This document shows positions 40,570 through 54,320 of a stretch of DNA of 64,000 nt, piece by piece. The notes under the pieces are model-generated. The model saw nothing but the letters and a program-made list of their open reading frames with translations. It made no database searches and was not told the DNA's origin. This DNA comes from Felis catus (lineage: Eukaryota), in the NCBI RefSeq assembly GCF_018350175.1, contig NC_058368.1, forward strand, positions 218,180,001 to 218,244,000, read 5' to 3'. Both the position numbers and the translations under genes were made by a program. Within the stretch, counting starts at the first letter, position 1, and every line of letters begins with the position of its first letter.

Positions 40570-41015
40570 ATAAACCAAGGTAGGAACCCTCTCTAAAGAA
40601 ATTAGCATTCCCTGAATTGTATGGGTCACTTTTTTTTTTTTTTTTTGCTAACTGGTGTTTATCAAAGTGAGGCTCCTGACTTTTCACAGAAACTGGGAGG
40701 AGATAAGGCTCTGTATCTTGATGATTACATTTTTCAGAGGGATAGTTAGTAGGTCCTTACAAAAACAAATACAGAAACAAAAAAACAGTCCTGAATTGTA
40801 AAACCGGCAAACCTCTGGGAGAAGATTTACATTTCAGAGGAGCAGAGAAAAAAATTACAATGGAGACATTGTGTGTGTTTTTGTTGTTTTGTTTTGTTTT
40901 TCATTTTTGTTTGTTTTGTTTCTAAGTAAGTAAGATAAGGGAGGGCAGGGGTCTGTAACCTGGAGGAAATTTGTCTACAATTCAGTCAAGCTTAGGGCAC
41001 TGTTAAGGCCATTTT
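40570..41015 (-). mobile_element. Old ERV1-type LTR relic
   Basis: gattacatttttcagagggatag...gggagaagatttacatttcagaggagcagagaaa motifs. Confidence 0.55.
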
Positions 41016-41050
41016 ACTCAATATATGTGAAAAGCCAGCAAGGCACTTAC

Positions 41051-41237
41051 CTCTCTTCACACAGCAAACCTAGCCACCTCAGGGTGAGGAATCTGGGAGA
41101 AAGAACAGAGGCACTTGAGCTCCGTGTCAAACACAGACTGGTTCTTAGTACATCATGGCTAATTGCTCCAGCAACCCTCTGTCTTGGCTTCTCTTTCACT
41201 GCCCATCCCCTGAGTCCTCTGAGGAAGCCTGAGAAGT
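41051..41237 (-). other. Candidate spliced exon (187 nt), probably non-coding transcript
   Basis: tttatttcttgttatag| ... GAAGAGAG|gtaagt; GC-richer than flanks; one frame open throughout. Confidence 0.4.
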
Positions 41238-41802
41238 CTATAACAAGAAATAAATAAATAGATCATTAAAATAGCTGTGAGATAATGAGTGCTTAGAGCA
41301 ATTCCAAATTGTTGTCACTGTAACAGAGTGAAATAAAAGCCAGGAAAAAAAAGGGTTTGCTCTAGTTCAGTGGGAACAGAAGGCAGCCGCGTTAGAGGAG
41401 CAGAGTGCTGGACAATGAGAAGGGTCAAGGCTACGATGGAACAGGAAGCCACAATGACGTTGACAAACATCTGAGCAGTAAGCCAAGTAGATTCTTTCTG
41501 GAGCAGAGAAGACGAAAAACAAAGCTAATATAGAACTTAACTGGCATGTCAGTGGATTGAAGCCCCAGCCATCTCAGAATTTGAGGTTGATCCACATTTG
41601 TAACAAATACTTAATGGTGGTCCTTAAAACCTTAGACAATTCCTTAGCTAGTTCTTGAATCACCCTGCTACTACCCTTATTACACCAGACTAGCTAAAGC
41701 CAAAGAAATCTGTTACATATATGACTATTCATCATAGATCAGAGATGTTGAAGACTGATCATCTTTTTACTAATACTGTTTTATGCATTTCACAAAGAAT
41801 AC

Positions 41803-41888
41803 ACACATATGTGTGTGTGTATATACATATACATATATATGTATATATATACATATACATACATATACATATATACATGTATATATAT

Positions 41889-41930
<42 letters not shown>
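41803..41930 (+). repeat. (TA)n/(TACA)n/(CA)n microsatellite
   Basis: Directly visible. Confidence 0.95.
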
Positions 41931-41934
<4 letters not shown>

Positions 41935-44014
41935 TTGAGATAGTCAAATAAACTACCCTGATCATGACAGTCTTTGAATGTCTTAGGAACAGAAACATTA
42001 AATTGCATGTATTTTAAGCCACAATGAAAAGATCAGGATATGCGTAATGCTAAACTGCATGATATTCCCAATAAATCTTGGCTTTTAGGAGAAGTAATTA
42101 CTAATGCTCTTCTGAACTTTTGGTACTTGCTATTAACCCAGTAGGAAACTTTAAATTGTAACTTACCCTGAAGTCAACCACTCACAGAAATGAATGCAGT
42201 CCTCCTTCTAATAGAAATAATAACATTCTTCTACTCCTTTTGAACTCAAGGGGCTGAGCATTGCATATAAATAGCATGTGTATTGTTTTCATTTAAGTAT
42301 TCTTTTTTTGCTATATTATTTCATTTAAACCATTGTAAAGTAAAAGAAAAAAGTAGTGGGCATACTGTTTTCATTTTAATTGTTATTTTGTACAAGAACT
42401 AAAGGTAGACTAAGTATGATAAGGATCAGCAAAATAGGCATTTGTAAGTTTTTTGTCTAGAACATTTACAAAAGAAACATAAAACTGTGTCTATTCTAAA
42501 ATAGGACCCATTGGCTAGTCACTGCATCTTCTCACTAGTATCATTTTTCATAGTTTGATGATTAAATACTTTACAGAAGCACAACCATACCAGTCACACT
42601 TTTTTAGGGGGCGATTTCAAGTACACATTTATATCACTTTCTGACTGGATACTTAGGAGAACACTGAAAAGCTATAATTTGGGGAAAACTGCACTTAGGA
42701 TTTCAGAAAATAACCAATGATTTCTGATTTAAGAAAAAATCTTATAAAATCTCACTGAGTGTTGTGTCCACACACATGCACGAGTCTGAATGATTGTACT
42801 TTTGCATCTCAAACCAACATCTTCCAAACAACATTGTTACGTGTCTTATTACTTTATTTGTGAAGTAGCTAACATTGACTATATTCTCTGGCATAGTCTC
42901 AAATTAATTTTTGGCGTGGGCTCGTAGGAGGAGATTGATGGTTGAATGAGGAACTGAGTATCCTTACAGGGAAGAATCAAAGGATCAAGGCTCAGATAAG
43001 TTGTCTGTTTCATAATTTGAAAATTGTAATGTAGGATTTAGCACTGGAAAAAATGTTGCACTTAGGCAGCTTATATGAAATAAATAGACCCAAGGGAATT
43101 TTTATTTGCCTCAATATCTCATTTTCCAACCCTTTATTTGTTCATAGGTATGCACAGGGACAGCAGAAATCTTTCTCAAAGAGTTTTGTATTTAAAGTTA
43201 GTGTCAGTTTCTGATATAGGTATGATACTCTTCATGATACAATTTGTCTTCTATACTCAAATGGGAGACGTTTCACTGAAAGCATATACTATGTCATAAA
43301 AAGGAAAAATCTTACATGGAAATGCCAATTTCTTCTCTTTTCTCCCATCCTTATTTAATCAATACTGTGAAATATGTTTTACAGCAACTCTGGGAAAACA
43401 TCCCCATGTTTCATAGGTACTTGTAAGGAAGTAATAAATTTGCTTAGTGCAATATAAGACATCCTGCGAGAGCTCAATAAGTACTTGTTGGCTTTCTGAC
43501 TAAAATAAAATATACCTTTCTCATGAGAATGCAAGTGTTAAGCAGGTATTGAAAACATTCTAATTGAAATAATTTTAAAAATGTTTTGAATTGGTGGAAT
43601 TCTACTTTATAGGCAGAAACCTTCATCAAAGTCTTATAGCAGTAAAATTTAGAAACATAAAACATATCAAAAAGACTATACTACATTAGTGGCAGTAGAA
43701 TAGAGTAGGTTTTACTCCAATAATTGTATTATTAAGAAAAGACTAGTTTTTGAATTAACAGTCTATTATTATTGTGTAAGTGGGATATGGGATTGACTTG
43801 AACATTTTTATTCCTACTTATGTGATTTTCACCACCTATTTTATAATTAAAACTTATGTTGCAAATAAGATGCCAAAAAATTGCAACATTATAAACTGTT
43901 AACACAATTCTGAATCATCAAATGAAAGGAGAAGAGTATATGCAAAGCTATTAAATAGTGAAGCATATGTAGTAAGCAATGAATGAATATTAGTACTTTT
44001 GAAAATGTAAGTCA

Positions 44015-44570
44015 ATGTTATTGAGGTATAATTTACATGTAAAAACCACAACCATTTTAAGTGTGCCTTTATAACGAGTTTTGATAACTGCATATACTAT
44101 GGTTTTCACCACCCCTAATTAAAATACAGAGCATTTTTATAACTTCTAAAAGTGTCCTCATGCTCTTTTCCCTTAGTTCCAAGTAATGGCTGATATGCCT
44201 TCTGACACTGTAGATTAATTTCCAGTTCTACAATGTCATATAAATGAAATTGAACAAAACATGGTTTTGTGCCTGGCTTATTTTGCCCAACATAATATGA
44301 TCATAAATGCTTTCAAATTTATTGGCAGCTCACTACTTTCTATTGCTGATTAGTATTTCAGTATATTGGATTTATTGCAATTTGTCCATTAGCTCATTGA
44401 TTGGTGCTTGGGTCATTACCAGGTTTTGGCTACTGTGGACAAAGTTGCTATGAACTTTCATGTGAGTCTTTGTATGCCTCTATGTTTTATTTAGTTTGGA
44501 TAAATATGTGTGAGTTAAATTGCTAGGTCATGTAGTAATTTTATGTTTGATTGTACACATTTTTTTTTGC
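44015..44570 (-). mobile_element. Old LINE-1 3' end
   Basis: ttattgaggtataatttacatg...ccaggttttggctactgtggacaaagttgctatgaac. Confidence 0.8.
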
Positions 44571-45284
44571 ATTTTCAAATTCTTATATGACATGAGTTTT
44601 ATTAGAGTTTTTGATATAGGCCTTACTAAATATAATTTGGCATCAATAGCTAAGAATTACACATTGTGTTCAGGCTCATTTTAAACACTTAATATTTTGT
44701 GTTTCTGGGATTTGGAAATAATAACAGAATATGGGGCTCTTAGGTATGACTAAGTGGAGGAAGGATTGTCTTCCTTGTAATATGGAATGAAAAAATTACT
44801 GCTATATTTCTTGTCACTCAGAGGACATTCAAAGGCTTTTCTGGAATACCTTACACTAGAATAATTAAGGGGAACAGATCTGTGTTTACTTAATTTTAAG
44901 TGTTTATGAGTAGTGCAGAAGCATATGACATTTAACGCAGTTGAGGAGGTCTTCTACTCTGAACATTCAAATTTGCCATTGAGGGCTCTAACATTTTGTT
45001 ATCAATGCATCTGCTGTGAAGCCAAGAGGTTATCAGTGGGACACTAAATTTGATCAACACATTACCGAAATGAAAATGGGAGCTGAGCTAAAATATTAAA
45101 GACATATTTTTCTTCACCACAATGAGCTTTTCATCAAGCTATGGAGGGTGGAATAAATGGTTAACACCAGAATACTCATATTACCACTGGGCACACATAT
45201 AACACACACTGGGCAACACACTTATTTGTAACAATTGTTTAAAATTCTATGGAAAGAATTTGTAGAGTTTACAGCATCTTAACT

Positions 45285-45319
45285 TTTTTAAAGGTTATTT
45301 ATTTTGAGAGAGGGGAGAA

Positions 45320-45360
<41 letters not shown>

Positions 45361-45487
45361 ATTCCAAGCAGCCTCCTTGCTGTCAGCACAGAGCCCGATG
45401 CAGGGCTTGATCTTATGAACTGTGAGATCATGACCTGAGCCAAGATCAACATTGGCAGCTTGATCAACTGAGCCACGCAAGCACCAC
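45285..45487 (-). mobile_element. CanSINE
   Basis: Reverse SINE with (GA)n; TSD agcatctta. Confidence 0.93.
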
Positions 45488-45623
45488 AAAGCATCTTATT
45501 TAAAAATAATGTCTTTAATTTAAAAAGGAAAAACATGTCAACTGTTATGGTTAGGTAAGTGAATCTAAAAATTGTGTTTAGTATTTTGGTGCCATGTCTG
45601 GGTACATAAACTAAGCATTTTTA

Positions 45624-45846
45624 TTTTTATTTATTTATTTTTTAAATGTTTATTTATTTTTGAGACAAAGAGAGATAGAGCATGAATGGGGGAGGGTCAG
45701 AGAGAGAGGGAGACACAGAATCTGAGGCAGGCTCCAGGCTCTGAGCTGTCAGCACAGAGCTCGACGTGAGGCTCAAACTCACAGACCGTGAGATCATGAC
45801 CTGAATGAAGTCGGATGCTTAACTGATGGAGCCACTCAGGCGCCCC
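45624..45846 (-). mobile_element. CanSINE (SINEC_Fc-like)
   Basis: TSD aaactaagcattttta on both sides. Confidence 0.96.
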
Positions 45847-46628
45847 AAACTAAGCATTTTTAAAAGAAATAATGTTCTCAACACAAGGTCAATTCTAATT
45901 TGGATATCTTACTCTCAGTACAATTATATAGTTGATTTTAGGTAATAATGATTAATCTTAAAATTTTCATATGTATGTTTAGATTGATATTAATTTTATA
46001 CTCTACTTAAAGCTATATTTGAATTGTAAGATGGAAAAGGGTCATATTTGTTTATCTAGTACCAAAAACGAACAAAAAATGTTGGATTAATTAAAACTAT
46101 ATAAAACATATCCTATAAAATATAGCTCAAAATATTCAAGCATAACATGATAATATTAACAGGAAGACTTCCAGCAAAAACAGTTAATTAGCACTGAATC
46201 ATGATGTTACTATCTTTGTGTGTGTTTCTTTAGCTGTGAACTGTCAATAGGCTATATGTAAATGATGAATAAAGTGTGATAGCCCTGACACATTTTTAGC
46301 TTAATCAAGGATGCAACTGGTCTTATCTTTATCATTAATGAAGCAGTAGGAAAATGTTTTCAACTATATTATAAAATATTGCTGTTAATTCATTATTGAT
46401 TAAGGTTATATTTATGGGTCATTTAAAGTCTAGGTTGTACCATACAACAGGGAATTTTGAGGCATTAGCTAGAACTATTTTCATTTAATTCTAAAGTGTA
46501 CCCATATATTAATTTAAATGAATGAGAATTGCCAATTGTGAAAATGTTGAGTGAAGCACATTTTTAAATTTTACCTACTGCTTTATTTCTGGTAGAAACC
46601 AATATTAATAATGCTAATTTGATGTAAA

Positions 46629-46695
46629 TTTTTTTATGTAAAAAAAGTGGTTTTATTAAAACACAGGGACAGGATCCACTGGGCAGAAAGAGCTA
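46629..46695 (-). mobile_element. Short poly(A)-tailed fragment of the CarLTR-like LTR
   Basis: Reverse complement resembles ~34550-34610 (tagctctttctgccca...ttaataaaaccact) and ends in an A-run after AATAAA. Confidence 0.7.
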
Positions 46696-47344
46696 TCTGA
46701 TATGTAATTATTTAAACAGTAAAATGTTAAGAACCATAAGCAAAGTACATAAATGTAAGATATTAATGACTTTTCCTATTTGTCTTCTCTGTTTTTTTCT
46801 CTGTCTGGTAATTAGCCTAAGTTTAGATCCAAAATATATAAAATATTTTTGGGCATTTTGCAATATCTCAGTTACCTAGTTCACTTTATTCTATTATATC
46901 TTCATAAAAGCAGGGCCAATGTTTTCTTTTACTGTAAGAGTAGTTTAACATGCACACTCACTATCATAAAACATACAAAGAGTTTAAAATATATTTGATT
47001 ATAATAGGGATGTATACAATTTTGTTTGATCAAAAGTATTTATATGGATACCATAATAAATGGATTGATCCAATCTCAGAGCTTTTATGCCATCCAAAAT
47101 AGTTACTTTAGTTTGTAAAAGCTAAGCAAATTAGCACTGCCCTTGTTTTCTTTCAAATATTTTCATTTATTTTCTACACCAATAACAGACATACATAAAT
47201 TCTGTAAATATTATTAAATAATCTATACAAAGATTCAGACAAATGACAATTATATAATTGATTTTGCATACTTATTTGTATAAATACATTGCATAATTTC
47301 ATAATTTGATTCAAAATAATTCATTATATGTCTCTCATTTAAAA

Positions 47345-47588
47345 TTTTTTTTTTCTCAACGTTTTTATTTATTTTGGGACAGAGAGAGACAGAGCATGAA
47401 CGGGGGAGGGGCAGAGAGAGAGGGAGACACACAATCGGAAACAGGCTCTAGGCTCCGAGCCATCAGCCCAGAGCCATCAGCCCAGAGCCATCAGCCCAGA
47501 GCCTGACGCGGGGCTCGAACTCACGGACAACAAGATCGTGACCTGGCTGAAGTCGGACGCTTAACCGACTGCGCCACCCAGGCGCCCC
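47345..47588 (-). mobile_element. Young SINEC_Fc with internal 14-bp triplication
   Basis: 18-bp TSD tatgtctctcatttaaaa at 47327-47344 and 47589-47606; (gagccatcagccca)x3 at 47457-47498. Confidence 0.97.
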
Positions 47589-47949
47589 TATGTCTCTCAT
47601 TTAAAAAAAATAGGAAATAACAAAGTAAAAGAATTCATTCAACTAAAATTTACTGATATTTTAAAATAAAGTTAAATAAAGTATACAGTACTATTCTCAA
47701 AGATCTAACAGATATTTGAAGAAATAGATATTAAATAATGCATTACATAATATTTCAAATGTTAGGAAAAATTCTAGATGCCAACTCCTATTATCTGGCA
47801 CTTTTTAACCCATTCCTTAAAGGCTCCAACTCATCCTGGAAAATGATGGTACATAGAAAAGACTGATTTAATTTTTTTCCCTGTCATTCCATCAGAATGG
47901 TGTGCAGTAGGAAATCCAGTTGTTATATACTTATGAAAGCTTATTTCTT

Positions 47950-49678
47950 CCTCTAAGGTCAGGAACAAGACAGGAATGTCCACTCTCACCATTGTTATTT
48001 AACATAGTACTGGAAGTCTTAGCCTCAGCAATCAGATAACAAAGAGAAATAAAAGGCATCCAAATCAACAAGGAAGAAGTCAAACTTTCACTATCTGTAG
48101 ATGACATGATACTCTTTGTAGAAAGCCCAAAAGACTCGACCAAAAAATTACTAGAACTTATACATGAATTCAGTGAAGTCACAATATATAAAATCAACAT
48201 ATAGAAATCTGTTGCATTTATATACACCAATAATGAAGCAGCAGAAAGAGAAATCAGGGAAATGATCCCGTTGACAATTGCACCAAAAACCATAAGATGC
48301 CTAGGAATGAACCTAACCAAAGAGGTAAAAGATCTGTACTCTGAAAACTATAGAACACTTTTGAAGGAAATGGAAGAGGACACAAAGAAATGTAAAAGCA
48401 TTCCATGTTCATGGAATCGAAGAACAAATATTGTTAAAATATCTTCACTACCCAAAGTAATCTACACATTTAATGTAATCCCTCTCAAAATACCACCAGC
48501 ATTTTTCAGAGCTAGAACAGACAATTCTAAAATTTGTATGGAACCACAAAAGGCTCCAAATAGCCAAAGCCATCTTGAAAAAGAAAAGCAGAGCTGGAGG
48601 CATCGCAATTCCAGACTTCAAGCTATATTACAAAGCTGTAGTCATCAAGACAGTATGGTATTGGCACAAAAACAGACGTATAGATCAATGGAACAGAATA
48701 GAGAGCCCAGAAATAGATCTACAACTCTATGGTCAACTAAACTTCAAAAAGCAAGAAAGAATATCCAGTGGGGGGAAAAAAAAACAAACAATCTCTTCAA
48801 CAAATGGTACTGGGAAAACTAGACAGTAACATGCAGAAGAATGAAACTGGACTACTTTCTTATACCATACACAAAAAGAAATTCAAAATGGATGAAAGGC
48901 CTAAATGTGAGGCAGAAGACCATCAGAATCCTAGAGGAGAACACAGGCAGCAACCTCTTTGACATGGGCCAAGGTAACTTCTTACTAGATACATTGCCAA
49001 AGACAAGGGAAACAAATGTAAAAATGAAATACTGGGACTTCACAAAGATAAAAACCTTCTGCACAATGAAGGAAACAATCAACAAAACTAAAAGGCAGCC
49101 TATGATTTGGGAAAAGATATTTGCAAATGACATATCTGATGAAGGGCTAGTTTCCAAAATCTGTAAAGAATTTATCAAACTTAGCACCCAAAAAAACAAT
49201 CTGGTTAAGAAATGGGCAGGAACATGAATAGACATGTTTCCAAAGAAGACATCCAGACGGCTAACACACACATGAAAAGATGCTCAACATCACCCATCAT
49301 GAGTGAAATGTAAATCAAAACCACAATGATATATCACTTCATACCTGTAAGAATGGCTAAACTTAACAATACAAGAAACAATAGATGGTGAAAATGTGGA
49401 GAAAAGGGAAACCTCTTACACTGTTGCTGGGAATGCAAACTGATGCAGCCACTCTGGAAAACAGTATGGAGGTTCCGCAAAAAGTTAAAAATAGAAATAC
49501 CCATGGCCCAACAATAGCACTACTAGATATTTACCCAAAGGATACAAAAAAATATTGATTTGAAGGTGCACATGCACGCCAATGTTTGTAGCAGTATTAT
49601 CAACGGTGGCCAAATTATGGAAAGAACCCAAGTGTTCAGTGTCCATCAACTAATGAATGGGTAACGAAGTGGTATATA

Positions 49679-49738
<60 letters not shown>

Positions 49739-50227
49739 TACATCTGTATGGTATATATATATATGTATATATATACATATATACACATGTGTATGTATAC
49801 ACAAACACCCACATATGAATATTACTCAGCCATCAAAAAGAATAAAATCTTGTCAATTACACCAACATGAATGGAGCTAGAATGTATTACACTAAGTAAA
49901 ATTTCAGAGAAAGACAAATACCATATGGCTTTACTTCACTCATGTCTGAACTTTAAGAAATAAAACAGATGAACGTAGAGGAAGGGGAAAAAAAGAGAAG
50001 GAGGCAAACCATAAGCGACTCTTAACTATAGAGAACAAATTGAGGGTTACTAGAGGGGAGGTGGATGGTGGTAGGCTAAATGGGTGATGTGTATTAAGGA
50101 GGGCACTTGTGATGAGCACTGGGTTTTATATGTAAGTAATGAATTACTAAATTCTACTCCTGAAACCAATATTACACTATATGTTAACTAACTAGAATTT
50201 AAATAACAATTTTAAAAAAAATAGAAA
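47950..50227 (+). mobile_element. Carnivore LINE-1, 5'-truncated (RT region to poly(A)), frameshifted
   Basis: ORF2 peptides ([36 protein letters not shown]); (TA)n(CA)n in the 3' region; TSD aaagcttatttctt at 47936-47949 and 50228-50241. Confidence 0.96.
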
Positions 50228-50509
50228 AAAGCTTATTTCTTGCAAATTTCAATTGGAAGGCTGAGATCTACTCCCAATTCATGTGGGGACTTAGTAAATC
50301 ACAGTTAAAAATTTCTAGAAACACAGATATGCACAAAGAGCTTATTAACAACATCTAGAATTATAATCAGTTGCTTTTGAGGGAGCAATCAAGAGCCTTT
50401 TTCATAACAGATGTAGAGTATAAGGTTGTAATAAATTACAGCCATTGTGAGGAGACCAGGGGACCACTCTGAGACTGAGTTGACAATATTGTGATCTAAT
50501 AAATGCATG

Positions 50510-50697
50510 TTTTTTTAAATTTTTTAAATGTTTATTGATTTTTCAGAGACAGATCATGAGTGGGGGAGGGGCAGAGAGAGAGAGAGGGAGACACAGAATC
50601 AGCACAGAGCCTCTCACGGGGCTTAAACTCATGAAATGCGAGATCAAGATCTTGAGCCTAAGTGAGACACTTAACTGACTGAGCCACCCAGGCGCCC
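50510..50697 (-). mobile_element. CanSINE with internal deletion
   Basis: Reverse SINE; TSD aatgcatgYttt. Confidence 0.93.
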
Positions 50698-50747
50698 TAT
50701 GAATGAATGCATGCTTTAAAAATCTCTGGGTGAGAACAGTGTGGCTG

Positions 50748-50930
50748 GGAAAGAAAGAAAGAGAGAGAAAGAGAGAGGAGGGAAGGAGGGAGGGAAAGAG
50801 GGAGGAAGAAAGGAAGGAAGAGAGAGAGAGAAGGAAAGACAGAAAGAGAGAGAGAGGGAGCGAGGGAAGAAGGGCAGAAGAAAGGAAGGAAGGGAGGAAG
50901 AAAGAGAAAAAGAAAAGGAGAGAAAAAGCA
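50748..50930 (+). repeat. GA-rich low-complexity tract
   Basis: Almost pure purines on the plus strand. Confidence 0.95.
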
Positions 50931-53560
50931 AGTTGTTTAGATTTGTTAATAAGAATATATTTTCTAGTTATCTCAGTAAATTATCTGAAAAGAGAGGCAT
51001 AGGATTAGTTTTTTTAAGACCCCTCCTTTGGAATTAGAGTTTTACCACTGAGTAAAGATCTCCCTAGATGAATAGGGCACAGCTCAAGCTCAAGCCTGAC
51101 AAGTGCAGATGGAATTTACAAATCTAGAGTGGCCCTTTAGTATATTCAACCTAGCTGTCTATGCGATGTAATACATGTTGGAATCCTTTCTCCAGCTATT
51201 TTACAACACAATATTTCAAAAGCAATATTACAACACAATTGTGTTGGGATTTCACCAGGAATACGTGTCCATTAGTACTCTGTAGTATGGATACATGAAA
51301 GCAGACTATGCCTTGGAGAAGACTAAAATCTAGAAGAGTAGCAAGTTGAAAGAGATGTGTGCCCTGCCTCTGGTTAGTAGGGGAAATGATGGCTTTAATT
51401 CTAAGTTATCTATTATGTGTTTAGGAAAAAACTTTCCCTCTTTTTTTGAGAGTTCATGCTAAACTATGCCCATTAAAGAGCTGCCAGGTCTGCAAAGGTC
51501 AAAACTAAGGAAAACTTAACTGAGAAGGGGTAAGGCTAAGTAGTCTTGGAAATCAGACAACTAAAATTGTTTGCTGCCATTCTAGCTAGGCAAACATAAG
51601 TGATCAATCAGCACCCATTTCCATTCTCCAGGCAGACATTGTGGTCTAGAAGAAATGAGAAAGGGACAAGAAATTCCATCTTGTGATTACATTAGGTAGG
51701 TACTGTTCACATAGTAGTTTTCTGCTTGATCTATTCCCCACCTTGGACATACATGAACAGAGGACATCTTGTTTGTTAAATCCAGAGACTAAATGCAGGA
51801 TAATGTTTCAGAAGAGAAATTATGTATGGCTGGGATAATGGATTAGGGAACCAGATGCTTATATGTAAAAATCTAAAAACTGAACAAGCCAGTTGTTCAA
51901 GTATTTTCCTATTTTTCACCTACTAGTCACTTGCTATGGAGCTCATCTATTTTGGAGAATGATTACACCTGGCCTAAGGGTAATCTCAGTGAGAAATAAG
52001 ATAATATAAATACAGAAGGATATAGATATTTAGCCAATATATAAGTTCATTCTTCAAACACTTAGAGACCATAAGGAAAAAAATATGTACCTTTGTAGAA
52101 TGACACTGCTTTGTGTTTAAGCACTACTGTTTGGAAGGATACATTAAATTTCTCTATGGAAGGAAGACACAATGAAAAGTAATTCAACTTTATTTGCTAG
52201 ATAGAAAGGTTTGTTGTGAGGGACTGTGTCTGGCATACTACATTGAGATTTGAATACTTTCCCATTGACTCCTTCTCCCTCTTCCATGGAAACATTTTGT
52301 TTCCTGTGTGCACAGTTCACAACGTAAATGAGCAGAAGGCAAATACAACTTTGATGCCAAACACAGACTTATCTAACATCATTTGCACCATGCAAGAGAA
52401 AATTGCCAGAGAAAAAACATACTGCTCAAACCCTAGACAGGAAAAGCATATTCCTAGACAGAAAATAGATGTCTGCCTGGGCTGGATGGAAGAAAAGGGA
52501 GAGAAGTCTATGAAATTTAAGAGTAGAGAAAATTTCCTCTCCTTTTTCAGGCAGGGGAAAAGAAAAAAACATAGAAAGAGGACGATGAGGTGCATCTAGA
52601 TGGAGAGAACCATGCTTAACATTTGAAAATATTTCCCATACGCAAATTAGAGACATGATAAAATAGAACATCTTCTGAATCTGAATTATGTGAGCATAAG
52701 AAATTCTTAGGTGTTACAAAGAAAGAAACCTTCTGGCTGGTGGGTTTTTTTTTTTAACTTTTGTTTGTTTTTTGGCAAGTGTATTATAAGAAAGGTTTTA
52801 TAAAGAAATAGAACCTGAAATAGGTAAGTAACCAACATTTTGTTTTGGTAGAAAAAAAAGTTACAGCAATCTATACAGGAATATATTTTTGATTTCACTT
52901 TTAGCATGGAGAATATGCATAGAATGTAAAATATAAATAAATACTCTTGACTGCTTTGGGAAGAACATCTATCGTGAATACAATGATCCTGACAGTGGAT
53001 AAGCTTGGGCTCTAGATTTAAAGTGTGGATGAATTTCTGTATACACTTATGTGTCTCTGGGGAAGTCATTGAACTTTTTAAATCCTCTCTGTTCTCATTT
53101 ATATAATGGGGATAATAATCTTATCTACTAAATAAAAGGCAGAATAACTCAAGCAATAGCTTTCAAATATGTAATATGTAATAAGCAACCAACACATTGC
53201 TTTTTTATTTTTTTTGAAACACATTAGCTTTTTTAAAAACACATTAGTTTTTACTTTTAATTTTTTTTATGATGAAATTTCCTGGATTTTTAGTTTAAAC
53301 ATTATTCTATCGGTAATAAGGAATAACAAATAAGTTTTCAATCTAGCAAATGAAATTACCAAGTTGCTCTCCAGTGAAAAATTTCTTAGCTCTAAGAAGT
53401 GTGAAATTGAATGGAGAATGGATGATATCGTCAGAAAAATCAGTTTATGGCTTTAAAAACATGAATTGTACATTGTTCATACTAATAAATTATTAGATAA
53501 TATCCTGACTATGACTGTAGGAAAAACTATGGAAATGTTGAAAAAAGATACTCACTATCA

Positions 53561-53662
53561 AGGCGCCTGGCTGATTCAAACAGTGCAGCGTATGACTCTT
53601 GATCTCACAGTCGTAAGTTTAAGCCTCACATTGGGCATGGAACCTACTTAAAAATAGAAAAT
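53561..53662 (+). mobile_element. Short tRNA-Lys-like carnivore SINE
   Basis: ggcgcctggctgattca...gactcttgatctcacagtcgtaagtttaagcc, A tail; TSD aaaagatact. Confidence 0.85.
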
Positions 53663-53678
53663 AAAAGATACTTGCTAT

Positions 53679-53716
53679 TTTTTCTTTTTTCTTTTTTTTA
53701 ACTCTTATTTAGTTTT

Positions 53717-53752
<36 letters not shown>

Positions 53753-53919
53753 GCATGAGCAGGAAAGGGGCAGAGAGAGAGGAAGACACGGAATCCAAAG
53801 CAGGCTCCAGGCTCTGAGCTGTCAGCATAGAGCCCCAGCGAAGCTCGAACTCATGAACCATGAGATCATGACCTGTGCCGAAGGTGGCTGCTTAACCTAC
53901 TGAGCCACCCAGGTGCCCT
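53679..53919 (-). mobile_element. CanSINE inserted at the TSD of the preceding SINE
   Basis: TSD gatacttgctat at 53667-53678 and 53920-53931. Confidence 0.95.
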
Positions 53920-54227
53920 GATACTTGCTATCTTATAACGGGAACATTGCCATTTGATTTCTAAATCTATTTTATAAATAAAAACCTCAGGATAACTCAA
54001 TATTTTTGGACAGTATATATTTACCAGTATTTTATAACTGTATAAAAATATGTAAAATTGTGTTTAAAATATTTAAGTTAATGTTCCTTGGTCAGTTCTG
54101 AAAATTTAACTACACTTTGTATCAGAAACATGCTGAGTGACCATATAATGAACATCAGATATGCAAATTTGCCTTGAAATTATGTAATTTACTTTTTAAT
54201 AACTCATTGTTTAAGATGACAGTACAG

Positions 54228-54320
54228 AGGTGCCTGGTCTGCTCAAGCAGAAGAGCATGTGACCCTTGATTTTGGGGTTGTGGGTTCGAGCCCCATGTTG
54301 GGGGGGAGATTACTAAAAAA
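54228..54320 (+). mobile_element. Short tRNA-Lys-like carnivore SINE
   Basis: ggtgcctggtctgctcaagcagaagagcatgtgacccttgat...gggttcgagcccc. Confidence 0.8.

Noticed and set aside
41027..41257. Plus-strand 76-aa ORF
   Set aside because: It has a GTG start and no recognisable homology, and the splice signals here favour the minus strand.
53561..54320. tRNA-like sequences as tRNA genes
   Set aside because: They are diverged and A-tailed (the first has a TSD), so they are tRNA-derived SINEs rather than intact cloverleafs.
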